From a virus (Duplodnaviria; Caudoviricetes), in the IMG/VR virus record IMGVR_UViG_3300029288_005873, positions 192,001-256,000 of that record: a stretch of 64,000 nucleotides of DNA; one strand, given 5' to 3'. Below, piece by piece: positions 45,296 through 54,257 of the stretch. Made by a program: the position numbers and the translations under genes. Positions within the stretch are counted from its first letter, which is position 1, and the number at the start of each line of letters is the position of its first letter. The notes beneath the pieces were generated by a model. It was not told the DNA's origin. It did not search any database and saw only the letters and a list, made by a program, of their open reading frames with translations.

Positions 45296-45326
45296 AAAAC
45301 ATCCGCGGAAATTTTTCGCTGCAAAA
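45296..45326 (-). promoter_or_regulatory. conserved 31-bp promoter-like motif, copy 2
   Basis: TTTTGCAGCGAAAAATTTCCGCGGATGTTTT. Confidence 0.65.
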
Positions 45327-45396
45327 ATTTTTCATCCATCGCGCAGGATCTTACTGTTCCGGGAAACTCCTGTGGCAATTACCTCATTTGAGCCTC

Positions 45397-45915
45397 CTAG
45401 GGAAGGATGAGGACTTCACGAAACATAGACCATGTTCCTGGGGCATAGAACCTAATACAATGGTCTATGACGGGATCAATGCTGAATGGGTCCATAAGGA
45501 CCGGTTTTCCGTCATTGTTCAGCATGACCTGAAGGTCTTGTGGCTCCATGTCGTGGTCCAGGAGAGTTTTGGCTATGACCTTCATGTCACTCAGAATCGG
45601 CTCCCAACCTCCTATTGCGTTTAGCAGGGGCATGACGGCGGCAGCCGCATTCCATCCATAGAAGGCGTCCAGGATTTCGACGGTCGGCACGAAGGGGCGC
45701 ATCCTATCCAGGCAGTTGTGTTCCTTCTTCAGTTGGACTGCGTGCTCGGTCAGCGCGACCGCCCGGTCGCCACTGGCGTAGACCAGCTTGTACCCACCTT
45801 CGCCCAGCCAGCGGGAGAACGGGTGCGCTTCCACGATTCGGCGGACACCCGTATCCGTGATGAGCTGTGCTACCCATTCTGGGGCATCTGGGAGTAGGAC
45901 CTCTTGACGCACCAT
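45397..45915 (-). CDS. protein-kinase-like fold protein
   Basis: LGEGGYKLVY glycine loop, DLQVML, LMDP. Confidence 0.55.
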   Translation of the reverse strand: MVRQEVLLPDAPEWVAQLITDTGVRRIVEAHPFSRWLGEGGYKLVYASGDRAVALTEHAVQLKKEHNCLDRMRPFVPTVEILDAFYGWNAAAAVMPLLNAIGGWEPILSDMKVIAKTLLDHDMEPQDLQVMLNNDGKPVLMDPFSIDPVIDHCIRFYAPGTWSMFREVLILP

Positions 45916-45916
45916 G

Positions 45917-46180
45917 TTATTCCACCTGTTCTAGCTCTCCGATGGAGACGGAAAGTGTGTGGAAGTTAAAGTTGGACCTCAGGAAACCGGAAGCGTCCAT
46001 GACTCGTTCTCCGCGCTCCCAGGCAGCGATGGTGTTCCAGTTCCCGCAGACTGACTCGAACTTGACCTGAACCGGAACGAACGTGTTACCCGTATGGGCG
46101 ACGACCCGTCCCACCTTTGTACGTTTCCCATCGGTCGAACGCCAGATGACCATGGAGCCGATGGCAGGAAGGCTTGTCAT
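45917..46180 (-). CDS. hypothetical protein
   Basis: 87 aa ORF, ATGA overlap. Confidence 0.55.
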   Translation of the reverse strand: MTSLPAIGSMVIWRSTDGKRTKVGRVVAHTGNTFVPVQVKFESVCGNWNTIAAWERGERVMDASGFLRSNFNFHTLSVSIGELEQVE

Positions 46181-46473
46181 TCCTGCACGATGTGGGGTCC
46201 CTCGTGGTCCTTTGCCGTGCGCCAGCAGTAGGTGCGCCCTTCGAGGGTAATATACATTCCAAGCTCATCCTTGCCGGTGAAGGTGCCGTACTGGACGACT
46301 CGGTTCCAGACTGCCATGGATACTTTCTCCATGACCGGGAGGATGTGCTCGGCATTAATCTGCTTCACCTGAGGACGGACGCTTTCGGCAAAGAGAGCGT
46401 ACGCCAGGCTTTCGGCGTCTCCTTTGGTGGGCGCGTTCATTTCCATCTTGATGGTGACCAGGAAGCGTTTCAT
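46177..46473 (-). CDS. hypothetical protein
   Basis: Start re-assigned near MKRFL after AAAGGA. Confidence 0.55.
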   Translation of the reverse strand: MKRFLVTIKMEMNAPTKGDAESLAYALFAESVRPQVKQINAEHILPVMEKVSMAVWNRVVQYGTFTGKDELGMYITLEGRTYCWRTAKDHEGPHIVQE

Positions 46474-46661
46474 GATGGTCATTCCTTTCTGGTGTCCGTA
46501 GAACAGGAAAAACATACAGGAGCTGCCATAGTGCTCCAGCCGCAGCTTCCTGGAGATGTCGCATTTCCCCTCGATGCGAACTCCCATGCACGAGGTTTCC
46601 ATACCCATGTACTACCAGTGAGCACAGAAGTTACAGGTGTGTCTGTTGTCCATGGCTTCTC

Positions 46662-47000
46662 CTACGGCTGGACGGGTCCCTCGGCGAAATCCTGGCGCGC
46701 CTCCAGGTCGATCTGGCGGTACCGCGCCATCTTCTCCTCGTAGTTGGGCTGGCGAGGGAGGTACTGACCGGCGTCGCCGAAGTCCTCCAAAGGGCAGCAG
46801 GACTCCATGCAGCTGACATGGTCGAGAACGTTCAGGAAATACCAGGCAGCCTGGTCAGCGTCGTTCAGCATGGGGCGGAACCCGAGGTACGACGGAGCCG
46901 TCTCGGGGAGCTCGAACCGGCGAAAGAAGTAGCCGTCGAAGTTGCTCTTGTTCAGGACAGCCACGTATCTCCTGCTGGGGGACACCATGTTCTTGGTCAT
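46662..47000 (-). CDS. hypothetical protein
   Basis: 112 aa ORF, AAGGAG RBS. Confidence 0.6.
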   Translation of the reverse strand: MTKNMVSPSRRYVAVLNKSNFDGYFFRRFELPETAPSYLGFRPMLNDADQAAWYFLNVLDHVSCMESCCPLEDFGDAGQYLPRQPNYEEKMARYRQIDLEARQDFAEGPVQP

Positions 47001-47030
47001 TGGTTCTCTCCTTGAGGGACCTGCGGTCCC

Positions 47031-47702
47031 CTACTTGCGGTTGAACTCCTCGTAGTTCTTGAGCTGGGGGTCGTTGTCCTCGCCCCACCGCTGGTTCAGA
47101 CCCCGCTCCAGGAACAACTCCTCCTGGAGATGCGCCCATTCGATCGCCTTGGTGGCATTAGAGATGCTCGCTCTTACCAAGGCGGTACCGATTTCGTCAC
47201 TATCCCAGCACTCGTCGATGCTGGAACAGGAGCCGCGCCCCACCTTCGGGTCCAACCTGATGGCTTCCACCAGAGCGGGCATGTTGACCGCAGCTTTCCA
47301 GGCGGTCAGCGCCGCGCAGTCAACCGTCCGCTGCCACAGGCACTCATCGCACTTGGCGCACTTCGCGCAGGGGTGTACTACTTGCTTCACCTCGCGGGTC
47401 GCGAACCAACCCGCATCCGGGTTGTGGGTCTCCTTCCGGAACTCGGAGAGGTCGGCAGTGTAGCCACCAGAGCAGCGCAGGCACTGACTCCACCACGCGC
47501 CATTCTGCTGAACCTTCCAGCCACGGATGACGACCTGGTTCTTCAGGGTCGGATGAACCTCAGGAGCGCCACACGTCGGACACTCCATCGGCGTACCCTG
47601 AACGTGGAACCGCTCGGTCTGGCTTACACTGCCGCACATGCAGGGAAGCGCCCAGGAGGGACGCGCTACGCCCAGCAGACGACCGCACTTTGCGCACCGC
47701 AT
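47031..47702 (-). CDS. Cys-rich multi-zinc-finger protein
   Basis: Several CxxC pairs, AAGGAGG RBS. Confidence 0.65.
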   Translation of the reverse strand: MRCAKCGRLLGVARPSWALPCMCGSVSQTERFHVQGTPMECPTCGAPEVHPTLKNQVVIRGWKVQQNGAWWSQCLRCSGGYTADLSEFRKETHNPDAGWFATREVKQVVHPCAKCAKCDECLWQRTVDCAALTAWKAAVNMPALVEAIRLDPKVGRGSCSSIDECWDSDEIGTALVRASISNATKAIEWAHLQEELFLERGLNQRWGEDNDPQLKNYEEFNRK

Positions 47703-47968
47703 CAGAGGCCTCCTTGCTAGAAAGACACCGGCTTCCTGTCGAGTACGACCATCTCGTGAATCCTGGCCGAGTCGATACCCGACTCCTTCGCAGCCAGGAC
47801 CAACGTCCTGCTGTACATCTCGCTGTCGCCGTCACGCAGATAACGGCGAAGCAGGTTGATGTACAACACCGTGGCGTACGCTTTTCCGGGCTCCATGAGA
47901 ACCCTCCCGAGTTGTTGCGACCCCCCCTATGAAACCTGGGTCTTTGTTGGGATTTTCGATCGGTTTTG

Positions 47969-48229
47969 CTAGCGCACCCTCGTCTTGGCGGCGAGGATGG
48001 CCGCGATCGCAGCGCGGCGCAAAGGTCGCGAGCGACCCGCAGCCTGAAGCGCCTCCATGAGCGGCGCCGCCTTGGGAAGCGCCAGGTGAAGACGCGACCG
48101 AGCGGTCAGCAGATCACGGTCAAACTCACCCGCAATCATGCGGTACACCATGGTGTCCTTGAGACCCGCACGCTCGAGGCGGTTGATGAACCTGTACGCC
48201 TGCGTCCTGAAAGGGCACGTCACTCTCAT
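47969..48229 (-). CDS. small basic protein
   Basis: 86 aa ORF, AAGGAGG RBS. Confidence 0.6.
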   Translation of the reverse strand: MRVTCPFRTQAYRFINRLERAGLKDTMVYRMIAGEFDRDLLTARSRLHLALPKAAPLMEALQAAGRSRPLRRAAIAAILAAKTRVR

Positions 48230-48308
48230 GTCTCGACCTCCTTGGGTTGGGTAAGCACCTGAACGATTTCAGGCACTTACCGAGCCTAAAGCTCGGTCGA
48301 TTAGGACG

Positions 48309-48695
48309 CTAAGCGTCCTTGTCCGCATCCAGCAGGTCGCGCTGAATGCTGTCCACCTCAGCTAGCACTTCCGCCAGCCGCTGCTCCAACTTGACCAACT
48401 GGAGACCACGCTTCAGGGGCGTCATGTCCTCGTCCGCCTTCACACGTTCCAGTCTCGCATGAAGCACGCGGGCTGTCGCCATCAGCGAAGTCACTCGCCT
48501 CTCAGGCGTTAAATTCCCCGCCTTGAGGTCATCCGTGTTCTCCACGCCACGCCCTACCGCCCTACCACCCACTAGCTCCTCCAGCCGCTCGGCGCTCTGG
48601 TTCTTGATGTTGCTCGCCCTCGTCGCAGAGCGCCCGCCCCTCGGGCGGATTTGCTGCTGCTCCACGTACCCGAACACCACCTTGACGTCAGCCAT
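48309..48695 (-). CDS. coiled-coil protein
   Basis: 128 aa ORF, AAGGAGGAG RBS. Confidence 0.65.
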   Translation of the reverse strand: MADVKVVFGYVEQQQIRPRGGRSATRASNIKNQSAERLEELVGGRAVGRGVENTDDLKAGNLTPERRVTSLMATARVLHARLERVKADEDMTPLKRGLQLVKLEQRLAEVLAEVDSIQRDLLDADKDA

Positions 48696-49374
48696 CGATC
48701 TCCTCCTTGGCGAAAGCCGCTCGGCACGCCTCCCGCCTCGCCATCATGACGCGCCGCGCCTCCTTGGCAGCCCGGCGCTCCGCCCTGGCGTTGCGATCGG
48801 CGTACCCATTCGGATCGGTACGCCGCCACTTCTCCCCCATCTCCGCCGCTCGAGCCGCCTTGCGCTCCTTGCGGTTCTGCTGAGCCTTGTGGCTCATACC
48901 CGCTTGGTCCAAGATCTCGCCGCAGCAGAACCCGTAGCCGTACCACTGCTCGCTGCTCGTCGCCCTTAGCGCCAGTGCGACTGGGGTGATGATGGCGCGG
49001 GACGGTATGGAAGGCGGGTACACTATGTCAGCCGGAGTCTTGATATATCGTTCCGGCACTACGGGCTGTATCATCTCCAACCAATCAGAGCGGAACACCA
49101 TCTGGTCCGCTATGGCTGTGATGGCATAGCCTTCGCGCGAACCATTACCTACGCGCGTGGGCGCTCCCATCTCGCGTGCCTGTTTGGCCAGACGCCCATC
49201 CACGCTGCCCTCCCACTTCGCGACAAACTTGCGTCCCAGGCCCGCTACCCAGCGCGCCACCCTTCCTAGCGCCTGGGTCTCGTTCTCCGCCTCCACCATC
49301 CCTACCACCTTGGTGGGGAACCGAAGGGCATGGCAAAGCAGGATTGCCTGGTTCAGGATGACATACCGTAGCAT
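48688..49374 (-). CDS. hypothetical protein with basic C-terminal helix
   Basis: Start MLRYVIL; first gene after promoter-like motif copy 3. Confidence 0.6.
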   Translation of the reverse strand: MLRYVILNQAILLCHALRFPTKVVGMVEAENETQALGRVARWVAGLGRKFVAKWEGSVDGRLAKQAREMGAPTRVGNGSREGYAITAIADQMVFRSDWLEMIQPVVPERYIKTPADIVYPPSIPSRAIITPVALALRATSSEQWYGYGFCCGEILDQAGMSHKAQQNRKERKAARAAEMGEKWRRTDPNGYADRNARAERRAAKEARRVMMARREACRAAFAKEEIDG

Positions 49375-49425
49375 CTCGCTCCCCTTTCCGCTGCCTTGCC
49401 TCAAGGCGCAAGGCTGGCAAGGTTC

Positions 49426-49456
49426 AAAACATCCGCGGAATTTTTCCGCTGCAAAA
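49426..49456 (-). promoter_or_regulatory. conserved 31-bp promoter-like motif, copy 3
   Basis: TTTTGCAGCGGAAAAATTCCGCGGATGTTTT. Confidence 0.65.
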
Positions 49457-49463
49457 AAATTTT

Positions 49464-49479
49464 TGGCAAGATTTTTGCT
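49464..49479 (+). promoter_or_regulatory. sigma54-type -24/-12 site
   Basis: TGGCAAG-ATTT-TTGCT (GG-N10-GC). Confidence 0.4.
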
Positions 49480-49599
49480 AAGCCGAAAGCGCTACGTGCC
49501 GGGACCTGCGGTCCCTAGTACCACGGATTGTAGCAAGTCGGACTCCGGGGATAACAATACACCGACTTGTACCAAATGCTAACAACGTAGCTATGGCTA

Positions 49600-49668
49600 T
49601 GACATTTTTGTCATTGCCCTATGACATGCACGCCACTGCGCGCGAGCTCGGCTATGACTGCGGCGTCA
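49600..49668. promoter_or_regulatory. three phased TGAC-N6-GTCA operator-like palindromes
   Basis: Start at 49600, 49622 (one mismatch) and 49655, each preceded by CTA. Confidence 0.55.
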
Positions 49669-49690
49669 CAGCTCCCCCGTCTCCTATAAA

Positions 49691-49740
49691 AAGGTGGGGG
49701 ATAGTGGAAAAGAGTGGAGAAAAGTGGAACACAGTGGGAA
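49691..49740 (+). promoter_or_regulatory. five GTGG boxes at 10-bp period (MraZ-box-like array)
   Basis: GTGG at 49694, 49704, 49714, 49724 and 49734. Confidence 0.6.
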
Positions 49741-49953
49741 GAACATAGTAAAACGTACTAAAAGACAGGGTTAGTGTACAAAATATAAGTACATAAAAAC
49801 ACCAATGTTTTAGCATAGTTACGCTATTAAAAATAGCTCTAAAAAAAACTCAATGATTCCCAGGTCTTCCTTGAACGTTTAGGGATAGTTGGAAAAGGAT
49901 TCTTGTACGGAGTAATGGGGTATTTTATGGGTAGGTTTTACAAAAATGAAAAA

Positions 49954-50538
49954 CTAAGGTTTTCCAATTGTATCAAAGATTGCTTTAAGCAGAAGGGTAT
50001 TACTGGCTATATGGACTATGCCATCGGAGAGTTCATAGCGGAGCATTCCTTGAGGATCAGCATAAACGGAGATATCCACGAAGGGGAGATTTCTTTGAGC
50101 ACATCCTTGGGAAAGAATGTGATTAGCGAGGATTGTATAGGCGGCACGTTCTTGGTCAGAACCTGCTACGGGGAATTCATCACGGTCAATGCGCAATTTT
50201 GGGGCAGGTGGAACTATGCCAAGGATTGCTGGTTTAGGGGTAAGTTGAGATGCCTTATCCAAATACAGGTCAATCCACTCTTGAAGGAGGGGTTGAGGTT
50301 GTCTTCCTCTATTTTTCACATGGACATCGACCCAACAACGCATGTCTATTTCGCCAAAGCAAAGAAGGAGGGAATCCTCCGGGGCGAATTGTATAGAGGC
50401 GACGGAATCAAGGAGTAGTGTTTCATTAGGGTGTCCTATACGTTTAAGGGTAACTGGACCGAGCCAATGAGTGGTAAAACCTGGAGTTTTTTCAAAGGGG
50501 ATGAAGCAGTGGGAGTCGCCCATTGTATGAATTGTCAT
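49954..50538 (-). CDS. SGNH-hydrolase-like protein
   Basis: GDSH, FGEID.R, SDG.VH. Confidence 0.75.
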   Translation of the reverse strand: MTIHTMGDSHCFIPFEKTPGFTTHWLGPVTLKRIGHPNETLLLDSVASIQFAPEDSLLLCFGEIDMRCWVDVHVKNRGRQPQPLLQEWIDLYLDKASQLTPKPAILGIVPPAPKLRIDRDEFPVAGSDQERAAYTILANHILSQGCAQRNLPFVDISVYADPQGMLRYELSDGIVHIASNTLLLKAIFDTIGKP

Positions 50539-51179
50539 ATTGCCGCCTCCATGGCAATTTTGAGGTTTTGGGGATCAAGGAGGTTGTATAATCCAGCAAG
50601 AGTTGGGATATTATGTATAGAGCAGTAATCATTCCAGCCGGCGAAGTCAGACCAGGCATATACAAAGACAAAGCCGATATTAGCGGATTGGGCAGCCTGA
50701 TGATCTAAGCGGGAATCACCTATATAGAGTGCTGGGTGTTGGACATTGAGTTTACGTAGGATATTGTGTTTAGGTTCAGGGGCACCAAGGATATCATCAA
50801 ACAAGTTAAGAAGACCTTTATGGTCTAGAGCTTCAGATATTTCATTAGGATCCCCTCCCGAGACAACGATCCATGTTGTATTGGGAAGGAGATTTTTAAG
50901 TTGGCGTAATGGGGCGCAGGGAGCGGACAGGAGGGATGCGCGCACATAAGAAGCATAGGAAGCAACGAGGGGTTCTATTGGTTCTTGACTTTTTATGATA
51001 TTACGCAGGAAGTGCTCAAATTTAGCATAGCGCGTCATTCCGCCATTTTGGAGATGGTAGTTAACTAGAGCCTGTGAGGGAACTTTTCCAAAGGGGGCTG
51101 TTGTTTGCCTAAAGGCTTCAGTTTTTAGGGGGTTAGAGTTAAATATAGTTCCATCGCAGTCAAGGATTAAAGTTTTCAC
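50535..51179 (-). CDS. HAD-family phosphatase
   Basis: DCDGT, VSG, K and IGDSRLD motifs. Confidence 0.9.
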   Translation of the reverse strand: MKTLILDCDGTIFNSNPLKTEAFRQTTAPFGKVPSQALVNYHLQNGGMTRYAKFEHFLRNIIKSQEPIEPLVASYASYVRASLLSAPCAPLRQLKNLLPNTTWIVVSGGDPNEISEALDHKGLLNLFDDILGAPEPKHNILRKLNVQHPALYIGDSRLDHQAAQSANIGFVFVYAWSDFAGWNDYCSIHNIPTLAGLYNLLDPQNLKIAMEAAI

Positions 51180-51892
51180 AGGCCTCTCCTACGCAGGGCG
51201 GTTTCGGCGATTAGGATATCGTCAAAGGTATCGACTGGGATAGAATCGGAAGACATAGGGATCATATGGACATCCATACCCAATTCAAGGAAGCGGAGTA
51301 TTTCGATATCCTCTATAGATTCCAAAGGTGTTTTGCCCGATTTTGCGAAGATTTCGAGGGAAGTTTTAGGGAAGGCATAGAGGCAGACCTGTCTATGAGC
51401 GCCGGAGAATGAGAGAGTTTTTGTAGTTGGGATAGGGGCACGAGAAGCATAGAGGAGGCGCCCATCTGGGCGCACGACAACCTTTGGCATAGAGGGGCTA
51501 GTGAAAGTTTGTTCAGAAAGGGGACAGAAGCCATTGAGCACTCTATCTGGGTAGAGATCAGATTGTGCGATAAGGGTTAAGAGGTCATTGGGATTAAGCA
51601 AGGGTTCATCGCCTTGGACATTGATACAGCGATCAGCATTAAGAGAATTGAGTGCGAAAGCGACTCTATCTGTTCCTGTAGGGCATTGTGGGGTCATGAT
51701 ATATTGGATACCATAGAGGGCACAGATGCCGGCGATTTTGACGTCATTAGTAGCGACCCAGAGATTTTGTTTAGGCACCACTTTAAGGCATTGGAGACAA
51801 GTTCTAATGATCATAGGGATACCGTTAAGGAGAATTAAGGGTTTCCCCGGCAAACGTGATGAATCGAAGCGGGCTGGGACGATGACGATCAT
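51176..51892 (-). CDS. kdsB: CMP-KDO synthetase-like cytidylyltransferase
   Basis: VPARFDSSRLPGKPL, GTDRV, NVQGDEP, SRAPIP, E.LRFLE. Confidence 0.9.
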   Translation of the reverse strand: MIVIVPARFDSSRLPGKPLILLNGIPMIIRTCLQCLKVVPKQNLWVATNDVKIAGICALYGIQYIMTPQCPTGTDRVAFALNSLNADRCINVQGDEPLLNPNDLLTLIAQSDLYPDRVLNGFCPLSEQTFTSPSMPKVVVRPDGRLLYASRAPIPTTKTLSFSGAHRQVCLYAFPKTSLEIFAKSGKTPLESIEDIEILRFLELGMDVHMIPMSSDSIPVDTFDDILIAETALRRRGL

Positions 51893-52812
51893 AGGCGATT
51901 CCTATCGAACTGATTAAGCCCATTGAGTTTTGGGAGAATGCGGGCGATATCGGACAATGAGAGTCCTGAACCAATCATTTCATAGACATATGTAGGATGT
52001 ATATTATGAAGGGCAGCCAGGTGATAGATTGGATTCGGTCCCCAGCCCAGTTTTTCTTGGAGGATTGCGAAGCGTTTCATAATAGTAAGAAGGGGTTGGG
52101 TATTCAAGTTAGGGAACAAATCTGGGAGCAATTGTTCTGTTCTTGTATTACCTGGACCGCGTCCCATACCCAAGATTGTACAATCGACAATTGTGTTTTC
52201 GGAAAGAGCTTGAATTGAGTTAGCCAGAGCCAGACCTCTACTATTATGGGCATGGACGCCTATTTTACCTTGCCATTGTGAACGAAGGGCGGACAGGGCA
52301 TTTGAGACATCTTTAGGGGACATACCGCCCAAGCTATCGGCAATATAGATTACAGAGATAGGTAGGGTAGAAAAGAACATAGCAGCATCCGCGAGTTCGG
52401 AATAGGAACGCAGGGAAGCCTGCATAATATTGACCATGATTTCGAGGCCTTTATTATGTAGTTGTTTTATAAGGGGTGCGGCGGTTAGGATTTCATGGTA
52501 ATGGAATGCTATACGCACCACTGAGATGAGGGAATTTTGGGGGAACATAATTTCCAAGCTAGAGGGATTAAGTTCCGAGGCATTCACCATAACGCAGAGT
52601 TTCTTCTGGTTTTTTGGGAGTGTACGGACAAAGTCATCAGTAGCATTAGCACAGCTCGGAAGGACGTTCCTTGGGGTCCGGAAGCCTATTTCCAGGTAAT
52701 CAACTGGGAGGCTATTCATAGCGATGATATAGTCATCGATAAGATCTTTTGGAAAATTCCAGGCATTCTGATAGCCGCCATCTCTAAGGGTACAATCAAG
52801 AATTTCGACCAT
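51889..52812 (-). CDS. DRE-TIM pyruvate aldolase (4-hydroxy-2-oxovalerate aldolase-like)
   Basis: LDCTLRDGGY, ADSLG, GVHAHN, GMGRGPGN..TE. Confidence 0.85.
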   Translation of the reverse strand: MVEILDCTLRDGGYQNAWNFPKDLIDDYIIAMNSLPVDYLEIGFRTPRNVLPSCANATDDFVRTLPKNQKKLCVMVNASELNPSSLEIMFPQNSLISVVRIAFHYHEILTAAPLIKQLHNKGLEIMVNIMQASLRSYSELADAAMFFSTLPISVIYIADSLGGMSPKDVSNALSALRSQWQGKIGVHAHNSRGLALANSIQALSENTIVDCTILGMGRGPGNTRTEQLLPDLFPNLNTQPLLTIMKRFAILQEKLGWGPNPIYHLAALHNIHPTYVYEMIGSGLSLSDIARILPKLNGLNQFDRNRL

Positions 52813-53397
52813 TTAGGCTCCGTGTAGGATGATTTTTCCCTCTTGGGCGAGGCGTAGAAGGGTTGAAGCCTCGTCCTGGAAACTATGACAGGTTGAAGGT
52901 GGAATAATGTAATGATTCCAATAATGTCTGCGAATTCTTTGGACATTTGTTTCAAACCCAAAGATATGAGGAATGAGACCAGCAGATACACAGACATGGA
53001 TAATTGCCATTCCACTAGTTGGCATTGGGGATGGAGGTAAAGAAAGCGAAGATAAATTCAACAGATAAATCTGATTACTAGGATGTAAGGGATTTTCTTT
53101 AGGATCCCAGGGATAAACGCAAATGCGGCTAGACATCAATCTAGAGGCGAACATATCGTCATCTGGAGGATCAGAAGGTTTACATTTGAAAGTATTAACA
53201 TTCATGACCCTTAGGGTTGTGCGTGATCCGACGGAGGTTTCAAAACCCACAGTTGGTGCTCTATTAAATCTGATTACATCGGTATAGGTATCGATATGAG
53301 GTCCGAACTGTTGATTAAGCAAGATATCGCTAGATCCCACTATAGCTAGATTAGTAGAGAGGACATCTATTTTGAAAGGAAGAATTGATCCGCACAT
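52813..53397 (-). CDS. GT29 sialyltransferase-like glycosyltransferase
   Basis: Sialylmotif L (AIVGSS..L..G..ID....VIRFN.AP..GF...VGSRTT), S (PTSG), HY and H...E. Confidence 0.85.
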   Translation of the reverse strand: MCGSILPFKIDVLSTNLAIVGSSDILLNQQFGPHIDTYTDVIRFNRAPTVGFETSVGSRTTLRVMNVNTFKCKPSDPPDDDMFASRLMSSRICVYPWDPKENPLHPSNQIYLLNLSSLSLPPSPMPTSGMAIIHVCVSAGLIPHIFGFETNVQRIRRHYWNHYIIPPSTCHSFQDEASTLLRLAQEGKIILHGA

Positions 53398-53423
53398 GCC
53401 TTAATATCAACAAATTGATAGTT

Positions 53424-54257
53424 TTAGCTAAACAGCAGGCAACCTTCGAGGCAGAGTTTAGGAGGTTGTTTATTCGCAAAATCTTGGAGAAGTTTAGCAC
53501 GAATAGGACCTTGCCAAATATCTTCAAGGCTTTGTGAGAACAAGTTACCTAGGGGGATAGAGGCGTCATAGTCGTAACAACATAGGACTATGGAGCCGTC
53601 CGCCAGGATTGTACAGACGTCATAGGGGTCACGACAAGAAAGAACCTGATTCAAATCGAATGGAGGGCGTTGGACATGGGGTTGAATAACTGGATTCAAT
53701 TTGAAATGTGGGACTTTAGTTGTACCTGGCACGCCGATAGATTTACAAAAGGCTAGGAATTTGGGAACTTCATGGACGTTATGGGCGAAAACAAGAAACT
53801 GTGCGCCCAATGAAGTAGTCATTTTAGCGGCGGCGTGGTGTTTTTTGAGGATTTTCAAGACATTAATAGCTTTATCGAGTGAGCCACCGATTCTATAAGC
53901 GCCGTAAGTTTCTTGGGTCATTCCATCTAGAGAAACAGAGACGCTAGCACCAGAGACAGCGAGCTTAGCGGCGTCTTCATCAGAAAGACAATTAGCGTTG
54001 GTATGTATGCCTGCGGAAGCAAACTGTAAAGTTCTTGATATTATTGAAAAAATATCTCGATTAAGCATAGGTTCGCCCCAGATATGGAGGGCGACATGTG
54101 AGGCATAGGGAGAGATTTTATTGGCGATAGTATCATATTCGCCGATGGTCATATGTTTTTTAGGAAGTATTGTTTTGCCGCAACCGACGGCACAGAGTGG
54201 GCAGCGCAGGTTGCAGCCGCGCACGGTTTCGACCGAGAAGATTTTAGGAAAGTTCAT
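53424..54257 (-). CDS. radical SAM/SPASM domain protein
   Basis: CNLRCPLC, GEPML; C..P..I..DG.I..CC.D..LGN..SLEDIW. Confidence 0.9.
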   Translation of the reverse strand: MNFPKIFSVETVRGCNLRCPLCAVGCGKTILPKKHMTIGEYDTIANKISPYASHVALHIWGEPMLNRDIFSIISRTLQFASAGIHTNANCLSDEDAAKLAVSGASVSVSLDGMTQETYGAYRIGGSLDKAINVLKILKKHHAAAKMTTSLGAQFLVFAHNVHEVPKFLAFCKSIGVPGTTKVPHFKLNPVIQPHVQRPPFDLNQVLSCRDPYDVCTILADGSIVLCCYDYDASIPLGNLFSQSLEDIWQGPIRAKLLQDFANKQPPKLCLEGCLLFS

